Shown one piece after another: positions 17,899 to 26,294 of a DNA stretch of 64,000 bases (its first letter is position 1; each line of letters begins with the position of its first letter). The translations under genes and the position numbers were made by a program. The DNA is from a virus, in the IMG/VR virus record IMGVR_UViG_3300002461_000323, positions 1 through 64,000 of that record. One strand, 5' to 3'. The notes under the pieces are model-generated. The model was given only the letters and a program-made list of their open reading frames with translations. It did not search any database and was not told the DNA's origin.

Positions 17899-18127
17899 GA
17901 AACTTGAGATCGTCGGCCTGACCGACAAGCTGCTGCTCGACGCCAAGGTCGGTGAGAAGCTGACCACCGAATTCGGCAAGACCGCTGCGGTTCTCCACTG
18001 CGTGGAAGCCAGCCACACCCCGACGATCTTCGTCCGGTTCCTGGTCATGGTCTTCGGCGTCGAAGCAGGTGAAGTCTCGATCGAACAGCAACAGGATGGC
18101 AAGATCGTGCGCGAGGTCCTGTCGTGA
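17891..18127 (+). CDS. hypothetical protein
   Basis: Coupled ORF in early operon. Confidence 0.55.
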   Translation: MTEKLEIVGLTDKLLLDAKVGEKLTTEFGKTAAVLHCVEASHTPTIFVRFLVMVFGVEAGEVSIEQQQDGKIVREVLS

Positions 18128-18336
18128 TCACTGAACCGCCGCCTCCCGAGGCTTTCAAGTATCAGGTGGTGCGTACCTACTGCCACACGGACCTGAAGCA
18201 ACTGTGGGCCGTGATGTCCCGCCCCATGGCCGACAAGCAGATCACCCAACAGTGGTGTGAGTTCGTCGCCAAGGAGTGGAAGGTGGAGCATCCCCGCAGT
18301 GACAGCAAGTTCTTTGTTGTCGAGGTGCTGGCGTGA
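18124..18336 (+). CDS. hypothetical protein
   Basis: GTGA coupling; GAGG RBS. Confidence 0.55.
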   Translation: MITEPPPPEAFKYQVVRTYCHTDLKQLWAVMSRPMADKQITQQWCEFVAKEWKVEHPRSDSKFFVVEVLA

Positions 18337-18599
18337 CCGCGATCATCCGATTCCGCAAGCGGATTGAGGTCAACACCGACCCGCAACGCCGGTGCTACAA
18401 CGGGTGCCACTTCAGCAGCGAGTTCCGCTGGACAGCCTGGGAGGTGCTCGACCGGGTGCCAGAAGACCGTGGCGAAGACCGCTTGAAGTTCTGGCGCGAA
18501 CTGAACGAGATCGCTGTGGACGGCCGGGGTGAGAGCGCCCGCGCTGAGTTTGAGATCATCACCGAGGAACAACTGAATGCCCAAGATCAAGCTGGCTAA
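18333..18599 (+). CDS. hypothetical protein
   Basis: GTGA coupling; GAGG RBS. Confidence 0.55.
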   Translation: MTAIIRFRKRIEVNTDPQRRCYNGCHFSSEFRWTAWEVLDRVPEDRGEDRLKFWRELNEIAVDGRGESARAEFEIITEEQLNAQDQAG

Positions 18600-18945
18600 G
18601 GCCACAGACGAACAACTGAACTGGCTGGTCACCGAAATCTTCTTCTACATGGCCGCCAATAAGCAGGTGCACGTGAAGACCTGGGTTCTGGATGCCCACC
18701 GCAAGGGCGAGACCAAGGGCAACCCGTACGTGACCGACGCTCTCTGGGCATGGCCGATCATCGAACAGAACTTCTGGTGCATCCCGCGCATGAACACCAA
18801 CCCCGGAGCACTGCACCTCGGGCAGTTCGCGGCCAGCACTCCCGGAGGCATCGACTACTACGGTGACAGCTCTTTCCGGGCGAGCATGCGGGCGTACATC
18901 GCGACCTACATGGGCAATGAGCCCGAAGTACCAGAAGGAGTTTGA
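18577..18945 (+). CDS. NinX/DUF2591-like phage protein
   Basis: ATDEQLNWLV...PYVTDALWAWPIIE...ASMRAYIA pattern. Confidence 0.5.
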   Translation: MPKIKLAKATDEQLNWLVTEIFFYMAANKQVHVKTWVLDAHRKGETKGNPYVTDALWAWPIIEQNFWCIPRMNTNPGALHLGQFAASTPGGIDYYGDSSFRASMRAYIATYMGNEPEVPEGV

Positions 18946-18946
18946 C

Positions 18947-19165
18947 ATGGCAAAACGCCACACGAACCACATGACCGCGAAGGTCTGGACCCCGACGATG
19001 AGCAGCGAGTTCTCTGGCACTCCCGATGGCTGCATCCCCATGGCGTTCTACGCGTTGGACACCAAGGCCCGACGCGAGAAGTGCATCGCCGAACTCCAGA
19101 AGATTCACGGTGCCCTGAGTGCCCGCGAAGACCGTGACGCGTTGGACGAGGCAACCCCACCATGA
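18947..19165 (+). CDS. hypothetical protein
   Basis: AAGGAG RBS, ATG 18947. Confidence 0.55.
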   Translation: MAKRHTNHMTAKVWTPTMSSEFSGTPDGCIPMAFYALDTKARREKCIAELQKIHGALSAREDRDALDEATPP

Positions 19166-19395
19166 GCAGCCGCTGCCCACACTGCACGAGCAGGAACTTC
19201 GAGGTCACGATCAGCCAGAAGGCGCGTGTCCAGTTCAAGTCCGATGGCAGCCACGAGGTCGAGGACGGCCCGTACGGTGATCTGGAATTCGATGACGACA
19301 GCGCGGCCGTGTGCAACCGCTGTGGTTGGGCGGGGTTCCTGCGAGACACCGAGGCCCCAGCGCAATCAATTGCACCGGAGACCAAGAATGACTGA
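19162..19395 (+). CDS. small zinc-ribbon protein
   Basis: CPHC ... CNRCGW. Confidence 0.6.
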   Translation: MSSRCPHCTSRNFEVTISQKARVQFKSDGSHEVEDGPYGDLEFDDDSAAVCNRCGWAGFLRDTEAPAQSIAPETKND

Positions 19396-19519
19396 CCCCA
19401 AGCAGCAAGACCTGATCGTATTCGCGTACGTGGTCAAAGGCTTCTGGGAGGCCGTTCGCCTCAAGAAGGTAGACCTGAGCACCACCGAAGAGATTCAGGG
19501 TGAGGTGAGATCGGGGTGA
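19388..19519 (+). CDS. hypothetical protein
   Basis: GGAG RBS; 43 aa; coupled to neighbours. Confidence 0.4.
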   Translation: MTDPKQQDLIVFAYVVKGFWEAVRLKKVDLSTTEEIQGEVRSG

Positions 19520-19752
19520 CCTCCCGGCTGGCCGACCTCTCGAAGCTCGACGACCAGTTCTACGAGACCTACGGTGACGGTGATGGCGACGGCTGCGGAC
19601 TCGTCTGGCCGTACGAGGTCAGCGAACCCTACGGGAATGCGATCGCCCTGCACGTGCATGTGACCGGCAGCTTCCCGACCGACGTCCAGGCGAACGACCT
19701 GCTGGCCGCGATCTTCCAGAAGGCAATGAAAGCACAAGGAGTACGAGCATGA
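19516..19752 (+). CDS. hypothetical protein
   Basis: GTGA coupling. Confidence 0.55.
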   Translation: MTSRLADLSKLDDQFYETYGDGDGDGCGLVWPYEVSEPYGNAIALHVHVTGSFPTDVQANDLLAAIFQKAMKAQGVRA

Positions 19753-19976
19753 TCACCCACGTTCAATTGATGGCGACTGTCCAAGTGGACATGGAGACCA
19801 CCCGCCCCGCCACCGACGACGAGATCGAACACGAGGCCTGCCTGTACTCCGTGTACATCGGTGAGCCCGGCGACTTCAGTTGGGTGGCTGACTTCGCTGA
19901 GCACGCGGATGCCGCGATGTTCGCCCAAGAGCGGTGTACCCACTACGACGCGAAGCTGATCCTGGGACGAGCCTGA
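19749..19976 (+). CDS. hypothetical protein
   Basis: ATGA coupling; AAGGAG RBS. Confidence 0.55.
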   Translation: MITHVQLMATVQVDMETTRPATDDEIEHEACLYSVYIGEPGDFSWVADFAEHADAAMFAQERCTHYDAKLILGRA

Positions 19977-19984
19977 GACCGAGC

Positions 19985-20012
19985 TTGACAAACTGCCCGA
20001 CTGAGTTATAAT
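19985..20012 (+). promoter_or_regulatory. sigma70-type promoter of the polymerase operon
   Basis: TTGACA-16-TATAAT. Confidence 0.85.
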
Positions 20013-20061
20013 CAAGGCTCTAGGACGCTCTGATGAACGCACACGACACTAACCAAGGAAC

Positions 20062-20481
20062 ATGATGGACACGAAAGAACGATTGGTTTACCTGCTGGCT
20101 GACCTGCTCGACCAGAACATTTATCTGGTGGCTGGTGAGTATCGGGCGCACACCGATCACAAGTTTGACCTGGGCGGCAAGTGGGTGCTCCCGAGCGCGG
20201 TTACCGTGTGCGTGGACGAGTGCACCGACAAGCTGGTGACCGCGTTCATGAAAATCCGCAGGAATCTGTGGGCGTACGTGGTGATCACCGAGACCGGCAA
20301 GTGGCTTCTGTTCTTCGACAACGACCGTGTTAAGATCAGGCCCGGTGGCGAGAAGGAGTTCGGCAAGGGCAATGGCATGGGCACGCTCAAGCGCCTCAAG
20401 CCCTCGATCACTGGCGCTGTGTCCTTCGCTGAAGGCCAGTGGCGGACAACCAATCCGGACGTGCTCATCGGGGACCTCTAA
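20062..20481 (+). CDS. hypothetical protein
   Basis: 139 aa; AAGGA RBS. Confidence 0.65.
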   Translation: MMDTKERLVYLLADLLDQNIYLVAGEYRAHTDHKFDLGGKWVLPSAVTVCVDECTDKLVTAFMKIRRNLWAYVVITETGKWLLFFDNDRVKIRPGGEKEFGKGNGMGTLKRLKPSITGAVSFAEGQWRTTNPDVLIGDL

Positions 20482-23400
20482 GTGCTTCTGATTCTCAGCA
20501 AAGACAAACCGATCGACGTCATCCGGGCTCTCCAGCCCGTGTTGGTGGGACTCACAGACAAGGATTACAGGGTCGTACAAGGCCCTGTTTTCACGTTCGA
20601 CGGAGCTACGGCGATCCTCGGCCTGGGAACTACGGTGCTGGAGGCCCTGCAGTCTGCGGGAGCGGTGCCGAAGAACCGGACGGTCACGAGTCTCCGCCGT
20701 CAGGTGGTCCAGTTCATGGGCCGACCGACGATGATCACCTACAGCACGGGTATCGCCGAGGTCGATTACCAGCAGTACGTGGACTTGCTGACCGACGTGA
20801 ATCTGGCTGTGCGGCTGGCGAAGACCGGCACAACCACCCCGAAGTACGGCGACTATCAGTACGTGCCGGACTTCAAGCAGATGATCGCCGAGATCAAGGC
20901 GAAGCTCGATGCCGACCCTCAGTGCATGGTCGATACCTCGTTCGACACCGAGACCCTGGGCCTCGATCGGTTTCACAAAGACGGGTACCTGATTGCTCTC
21001 CAGTTCTCTCACCAGCCCGGGACCGCCCGGGTGGTCGCCTTCCCCAGCCAGCAGGCTTCGCGCAATTGGTTGCACGAGCACGACAACCAGATGGACCTCC
21101 ACTGGCTGTTGAACTGCCCACGCATTCGAATCTGTGCGGCCAACGGAAAGTACGATCTGGAGTGGCTGTACGAGCAAGCGGGCATCACGTGTACTAACTT
21201 CCGATTCGACACCACTCTCGTCGGCAGCCTGCTGGATGAGAACCGGTCCAACGGCCTGGACGTCCACGCCAAGGTCTACGTGCCGGACCTCGGTGGCTAC
21301 TCCGACGAGTTCGACAAGGCGGCAGACAAGAGCCGGATGGACTTGGAGTACGCGAAGGACCCCGAGAAGTTCCTGCTGTACTCGGGCGGCGATGCGGATG
21401 CGACGTTGCAGGTGAAGAACGCTCAGAAGGAGGCGCTGCTTCAAGACCCCGCACTCACCCGGTTCTACGTGAACCTGCTGCACCCGGCAGCCCGAGCGTT
21501 CGAGCAGGTGGAGCGCGGCGGCGTGCTCTTGGACATGAACGCGTACACCGAGCTTGAGTCAGACCTCCGCAAGGAAATGACGACGCTCGTGAAAGAGGCG
21601 AAGAAGCACATCGGCGGTCTGTTGGTCGCCAAGCACCAAGACCTGGACAAGGTTGAGGGTCTGAACATCACCAAGGCCAGCCTGCTGATCGATGTGCTGT
21701 TCAGCCCCCAGGGCATGAACCTGAAGCCGAATATGATGACGGCAGGTGGGGAGAAGAAGGCCCCGCAGCCGAGCACGGCGATGGACCACCTGCAGCAGTT
21801 CGCTGACCATCCCGAGGCCGGTCCGTTCATCAAGCTGCTTGGCGACTACGGGAGCGCGAGCAAGATGCTCAGCACGTACGTCACGGGCTTCAAGAAGCAC
21901 ATTCGCTCGGACGGCCGGTACCACCCCTCGTACTTCCTGTTCGCGGGCAACAAGGAAGACGGCGACGGCGGCACGAACACCGGCAGACCGTCGGTACGTG
22001 ATCCGGCGTTCCAGTGCATGGTCGGTGAGACCGTGGTGACCACCAGCGCCGGTCCTCGCACCTTGCTGTCGGTAGTCAGGGGCTACGAGCGCGGAGAGCG
22101 CTTGCGCGTGCTCACGCACACCGGACGGTGGAAGCCGGTCGCCGGGGTCTACCGGAACGGCGTGAAGGAAGTGTTTAGCGTGTCGTCTGGAAGTGGTATA
22201 ATGGTGAAAGCCACCGCGAACCACCCAGTACTGACTGCCAGGGGTTGGGTGCGGACCGACGAACTGAAGATCGGAGATACCTGCTATGCCGCCACCGAAG
22301 CAGCACGACTACCACGGGACGCCGACCTATCACAGTTGGGTGGCGATGAAGAACCGCTGCAACAGCCCCACCAGCAAAGACTGGCCGCGATACGGTGGGC
22401 GGGGAATTACGGTGTGCCCAGCTTGGCAGAGTTTTCTCGGCTTCTTGAACTCCATGGGGCCGAAACCGGCAGCGGGATGGAGCATCGAGCGCGAGGACGT
22501 GAACGGCAACTACGAGCCGGGCAACTGCATGTGGGCGAAGCCCAAGCAGCAGGCATCGAACAGGACGAACACCAAGCTGCTCACCTGGGAGGGCCAGACG
22601 AAGACCGAGGCCCAGTGGGCGGAGGATGCGGGGATCAGCCGGGGACGCCTCCACTACAGACTGTCCATTGGTTTGCCGATGGGCCAGGCTTTGATGAAGA
22701 CCAAGCGCCCGACCGGAGTACCTTCCAAGAAGACCTGATCGTCAGCATCCGCAGCGCCGGGTACGCCGAGACCTTCGACCTGACGATTCAGGACAGCCAC
22801 TCGTTCGTGGCCAACGGGCTGGTCGTGCACAACACGATCCCCAAGCACAACAAGTGGGCGAAGGCGATCCGCCGCTGCTACCCGGCACCCGAAGGCTACC
22901 TGATCCTGGAGACCGACTACTCGCAGGGCGAACTCCGGGTGGTCGCATGCGTAGCCAACGAGGCGACGATGATCGCGGCGTACGCGGCAGGCATGGACTT
23001 GCACGTGGTGACCGGTGGCTCGATCGGAGGGTACACGTACGAGGAAATGCAAGGCCTGAAGGTCAGCAACCCCGACCTGTTCGACCAGCTTCGCCAGCAG
23101 GCCAAGGCAGGCAACTTCGGCCTGTTGTACGGCATGGGTGTTGACGGGTTCATCGAGTACGCACGGGGCAACTACGGGGTGACACTCAGCCACGCCCAGG
23201 CCGAGGAAATCCGGTCGAACTTCTTCAACACCTACCCCGGGCTGGTCGCCTACCACGAGGCCTACAAGGCGTATGCCCACAAGCATGGGTACGTGCGGTC
23301 GCCGTTGGGCCGAGTCCGCCACCTGCCGCTGATCAACAGCAGCCGCAAGGACGTCCGTGCCTCGTACGAGCGCAAGTCGATCAACAGCCCGATCCAAGGC

Positions 23401-23670
23401 GCGTTGTCCGACATGATGATCTGGTCGGTCGCCGAAGAGAACGCCATGGGCTGGCACCTGGATGCCCCGTGCTTCGGCACGGTTCACGACGCGAGCTACC
23501 GGTACATCCCAGAGGACAACTACGAGTTCTACGCCAAGCGGACGGTCGAGGTCATGGAGGGGCTCCCGTTAGAGAAAGTAGGCTGGAGCCCTCAACTCAA
23601 ATTCATTGCAGACGCGAAAGTCGGTAGGAACATGGCCGACTTGGTTGCACTTGGAAAGTTCAAGCCATGA
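20482..23670 (+). CDS. polA: family A DNA polymerase with 3'-5' exonuclease domain, intein-containing
   Basis: ExoI SFDTET, ExoII NGKYD, ExoIII YSGGD; motif A DYSQGELR, motif [15 protein letters not shown] (Phe at the E. coli 762 position), motif C VHD. Confidence 0.93.
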   Translation: MLLILSKDKPIDVIRALQPVLVGLTDKDYRVVQGPVFTFDGATAILGLGTTVLEALQSAGAVPKNRTVTSLRRQVVQFMGRPTMITYSTGIAEVDYQQYVDLLTDVNLAVRLAKTGTTTPKYGDYQYVPDFKQMIAEIKAKLDADPQCMVDTSFDTETLGLDRFHKDGYLIALQFSHQPGTARVVAFPSQQASRNWLHEHDNQMDLHWLLNCPRIRICAANGKYDLEWLYEQAGITCTNFRFDTTLVGSLLDENRSNGLDVHAKVYVPDLGGYSDEFDKAADKSRMDLEYAKDPEKFLLYSGGDADATLQVKNAQKEALLQDPALTRFYVNLLHPAARAFEQVERGGVLLDMNAYTELESDLRKEMTTLVKEAKKHIGGLLVAKHQDLDKVEGLNITKASLLIDVLFSPQGMNLKPNMMTAGGEKKAPQPSTAMDHLQQFADHPEAGPFIKLLGDYGSASKMLSTYVTGFKKHIRSDGRYHPSYFLFAGNKEDGDGGTNTGRPSVRDPAFQCMVGETVVTTSAGPRTLLSVVRGYERGERLRVLTHTGRWKPVAGVYRNGVKEVFSVSSGSGIMVKATANHPVLTARGWVRTDELKIGDTCYAATEAARLPRDADLSQLGGDEEPLQQPHQQRLAAIRWAGNYGVPSLAEFSRLLELHGAETGSGMEHRARGRERQLRAGQLHVGEAQAAGIEQDEHQAAHLGGPDEDRGPVGGGCGDQPGTPPLQTVHWFADGPGFDEDQAPDRSTFQEDLIVSIRSAGYAETFDLTIQDSHSFVANGLVVHNTIPKHNKWAKAIRRCYPAPEGYLILETDYSQGELRVVACVANEATMIAAYAAGMDLHVVTGGSIGGYTYEEMQGLKVSNPDLFDQLRQQAKAGNFGLLYGMGVDGFIEYARGNYGVTLSHAQAEEIRSNFFNTYPGLVAYHEAYKAYAHKHGYVRSPLGRVRHLPLINSSRKDVRASYERKSINSPIQGALSDMMIWSVAEENAMGWHLDAPCFGTVHDASYRYIPEDNYEFYAKRTVEVMEGLPLEKVGWSPQLKFIADAKVGRNMADLVALGKFKP
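22015..22833 (+). mobile_element. intein in DNA polymerase (273 aa)
   Basis: Starts with Cys (CMVGETVV), block [11 protein letters not shown], ends [20 protein letters not shown] followed by Thr; removal restores [12 protein letters not shown]|TIP. Confidence 0.92.
22286..22738 (+). CDS. HNH-like endonuclease (YGGRGI family) encoded in the +1 frame inside the intein
   Basis: [11 protein letters not shown]...[12 protein letters not shown]...MG..P...[19 protein letters not shown]...Q..N plus C-terminal HTH-like segment; own GGAG RBS; paralog at 27888. Confidence 0.85.
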   Translation: MPPPKQHDYHGTPTYHSWVAMKNRCNSPTSKDWPRYGGRGITVCPAWQSFLGFLNSMGPKPAAGWSIEREDVNGNYEPGNCMWAKPKQQASNRTNTKLLTWEGQTKTEAQWAEDAGISRGRLHYRLSIGLPMGQALMKTKRPTGVPSKKT

Positions 23671-24032
23671 AGGGCATTCAATCCATGTCCCTGGCTGAGA
23701 AGATCAGGGCTAAGACGGTGGTCAACTCTGAGACCGGATGCTGGGAGTCCACGTACAAGCCTCTGAGAGACGGCTACTGTACTATCAGGCACAGGTCTGA
23801 CCACAAAGAGCTAGGCCATCGGGCTTCTTATCGCACTTTCGTCGGCCCTATTCCAGAAGGCTTGTCCGTTCTTCACACGTGCGACAACCGCAAGTGCTGG
23901 AATCCAGAGCATCTGTTTTCGGGCACGTACTCGGACAACTCCAAAGACGCGGTGTCCAAGGGCAGGCAGAAGAACTTGTTTCCGTCTGGTGACGATCACC
24001 CTAAGAGGAAAGCCAAGCTCGTACCCGCATGA
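23667..24032 (+). CDS. HNH homing endonuclease
   Basis: CWE...GY...[35 protein letters not shown]; AT-richer codon usage. Confidence 0.85.
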   Translation: MKGIQSMSLAEKIRAKTVVNSETGCWESTYKPLRDGYCTIRHRSDHKELGHRASYRTFVGPIPEGLSVLHTCDNRKCWNPEHLFSGTYSDNSKDAVSKGRQKNLFPSGDDHPKRKAKLVPA

Positions 24033-24052
24033 GCGTACGGCGCATCCGTTCT

Positions 24053-24082
24053 TTGACAAATGGCTCGGCCTTGGGTTAAAAT
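24053..24082 (+). promoter_or_regulatory. sigma70-type promoter
   Basis: TTGACA-18-TAAAAT. Confidence 0.7.
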
Positions 24083-24143
24083 CTAAACGCCTCCTGATGG
24101 CCTGTGCCGGGTCTCAAGGCGTGTACGCAATGGATTGCTGATC

Positions 24144-24497
24144 ATGGAATTCTCAAAGAAAACGCGAATCGCCTCCTCGGAGTTTCAGTTCACCCGCGTC
24201 AACGGCGTGCTGATGAGCATCGAGTTCTCCGAGGTGTACACCCGGGCACCGACGACCTACCTGCGGGCACGTCTGGAGGTCCTGCCCGAGGGTGACAACT
24301 GGAAGCTGGTGATGAAGTTCATCGACACCGACGGCGAGGTCTTCCAGCGGGAGCATCCGATCAAGGACCCCGAAGACCTGGTGACGACCATCCCACGGTT
24401 TGGCAATGAACAAGAGGCAGCAGCCTGGGGTGCGGCGTACATCGTGTTCGCAATCGCGGTCCGACACAAGGATCGGAAGGCCAGAGACTGCAATTGA
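24144..24497 (+). CDS. hypothetical protein
   Basis: ATG 24144 downstream of the promoter. Confidence 0.6.
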   Translation: MEFSKKTRIASSEFQFTRVNGVLMSIEFSEVYTRAPTTYLRARLEVLPEGDNWKLVMKFIDTDGEVFQREHPIKDPEDLVTTIPRFGNEQEAAAWGAAYIVFAIAVRHKDRKARDCN

Positions 24498-24527
24498 TTG
24501 CGCGGGACTGAGGGCTGCAGGTACAAT
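24498..24527 (+). promoter_or_regulatory. putative late promoter of the portal operon
   Basis: TTGCGC-18-TACAAT; -35 formed by the right arm of the 14-bp palindrome. Confidence 0.45.
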
Positions 24528-24554
24528 CACCTGCATTACCTCAGGAGCACGCGC

Positions 24555-26294
24555 ATGTCAGTCCAGATCAAGAAGGCCGGAGTAGAGAAACCGTCCAAGG
24601 CCAGCGCCCAGAAACCCCCGGGTTCCAATGAATTGACGGTGATCGCCAAGGTAATCAAGGGCGACACGTACATGGTGATGGCGGACTCTGCCAAGGAACT
24701 CGACGACGAGTACGAGGGCACCGGTCTGTACAAGGGTGACACGATGGCTGCGGCTGTCATCCCACCGTACAACCCCAAAACACTCAAGAATCTGGTGCTG
24801 CACAACAACGTGCTCAACCAGTGTATCCACGCGATGGAGGTGAACATCGATGGCACAGGCCACGAGTTTGTCCCGGCTGATGAGCAGCGTGAGATCGACC
24901 CCAAAGAGAAGGAAGCGGCAGAGCAGTTCTTCAACGAGCCGTACCCCGGCAAGTCGTTCGTCGCCATGCGCCGTGACATGCGCCGGGACGTCGAGTCCAT
25001 TGGCTGGGGTGCGCTGGAGGTCCTGCACAACCTGCAGCGTGATCCGGTGGCCGTCCGCTACCTCGATGCCCAGAGCTTGCGTCTCGCCCGCCTGGGTACT
25101 CCTGTGGCGATCAAGCGCAGGCTCATGCGCAACGGCCAGGAGGTGGAGCTTGAGGTCATGGAGCGTCCACGCCGGTTCATCCAGTTGGTGAACGGCCTCA
25201 CCCGCCAGTATTTCAAAGAGTTCGGGGTCGAGCTTGATCTCAACCGGAAGACTGGCGAGTGGGCTGAGCCCGGCCAGGTGCTGCCTCCGGACGTCCGAGC
25301 GACCGAACTCCTGTTCTTCGGTGCCGACAAGGACACGACGACCCCGTACCACGTGCCCAAGTGGATCAACCAGATGCCATCGGTGGTCGGCTCGCGCAAG
25401 GCCGAGGAGTCGAACCTGGAGTTCTTCGACAGCGGCGGCATGCCCCCGGCGATCATCTTCATTCAGGGCGGCAACATGGTGGGCGAGAGCGCGACCCAGC
25501 TTCGCACCTACCTGTCAGCCGGAAACAAGAAGCGTGGCCGTGCGGTGGTCGTGGAACTCGCGGCTACCAGTGGCGACATCAACAGCAGCGGCAGCGTCTC
25601 GGCCAAGGTCGAGCGCTTCGGGGCTGAGCGTGCGAACGACAGCATGTACACGAACTACGACAACCAGGCTGAAGAGCACGTGCGGGTGGGTTTCCGCCTG
25701 CCCCCGCTGTTCCTTGGCCGTGCCGACGACTACAACTACGCGACGGCGGTCGTCGCCTACCAAGTGGCCGAGGCCCAGGTGTTCGGCCCAGAGCGGCTGG
25801 AGTTCGATGAGGTGATCAACAAGACGCTGATCAAGGCCCTCAAGTGGAAGACCCTGAAGTTCAAGAGCCTGCCGATCACCCTGAAGTCGGTGGACGAGAC
25901 GTTCAAGGGCTTGGAGTTGCTGGATGGCAAGGTCGATGAACAGCAGTTCGTTGAGGCAGTGAACAAGCAGATCGGCACCGACCTGAAGCACGATCCCGAG
26001 GCGGTTGTCGATCCCAACCAGACGATCGAGCCGACTGACCCGGTGACCGGCAAGCCAGTGCCGACCCCACCCGCGAACCTTCAGCAGAAGGGCATGATGG
26101 ATCGCCTGCACATGCTGAAGCTCGCTCGCAAGTACGCGGTAGCCGAGGGCTGGGTCGAGGGCACGATCACCGACGAAGAGCGCACCCAGGTCGCGGAGAG
26201 CGTGCGCAAGATCGACAACCCGGACACCGCCCGGCGGTTCGTCGAGGCCTGCCAATTGCTGAGCGTTCCCGCGAAACTCACCCACGCACACTGA
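24555..26294 (+). CDS. portal protein
   Basis: 579 aa, first gene of head module; YHVPKW, NLEFFDSGGMPPAIIFIQG, FRLPPLFLG..DYNYATA portal-like blocks; AGGAG RBS. Confidence 0.85.
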   Translation: MSVQIKKAGVEKPSKASAQKPPGSNELTVIAKVIKGDTYMVMADSAKELDDEYEGTGLYKGDTMAAAVIPPYNPKTLKNLVLHNNVLNQCIHAMEVNIDGTGHEFVPADEQREIDPKEKEAAEQFFNEPYPGKSFVAMRRDMRRDVESIGWGALEVLHNLQRDPVAVRYLDAQSLRLARLGTPVAIKRRLMRNGQEVELEVMERPRRFIQLVNGLTRQYFKEFGVELDLNRKTGEWAEPGQVLPPDVRATELLFFGADKDTTTPYHVPKWINQMPSVVGSRKAEESNLEFFDSGGMPPAIIFIQGGNMVGESATQLRTYLSAGNKKRGRAVVVELAATSGDINSSGSVSAKVERFGAERANDSMYTNYDNQAEEHVRVGFRLPPLFLGRADDYNYATAVVAYQVAEAQVFGPERLEFDEVINKTLIKALKWKTLKFKSLPITLKSVDETFKGLELLDGKVDEQQFVEAVNKQIGTDLKHDPEAVVDPNQTIEPTDPVTGKPVPTPPANLQQKGMMDRLHMLKLARKYAVAEGWVEGTITDEERTQVAESVRKIDNPDTARRFVEACQLLSVPAKLTHAH

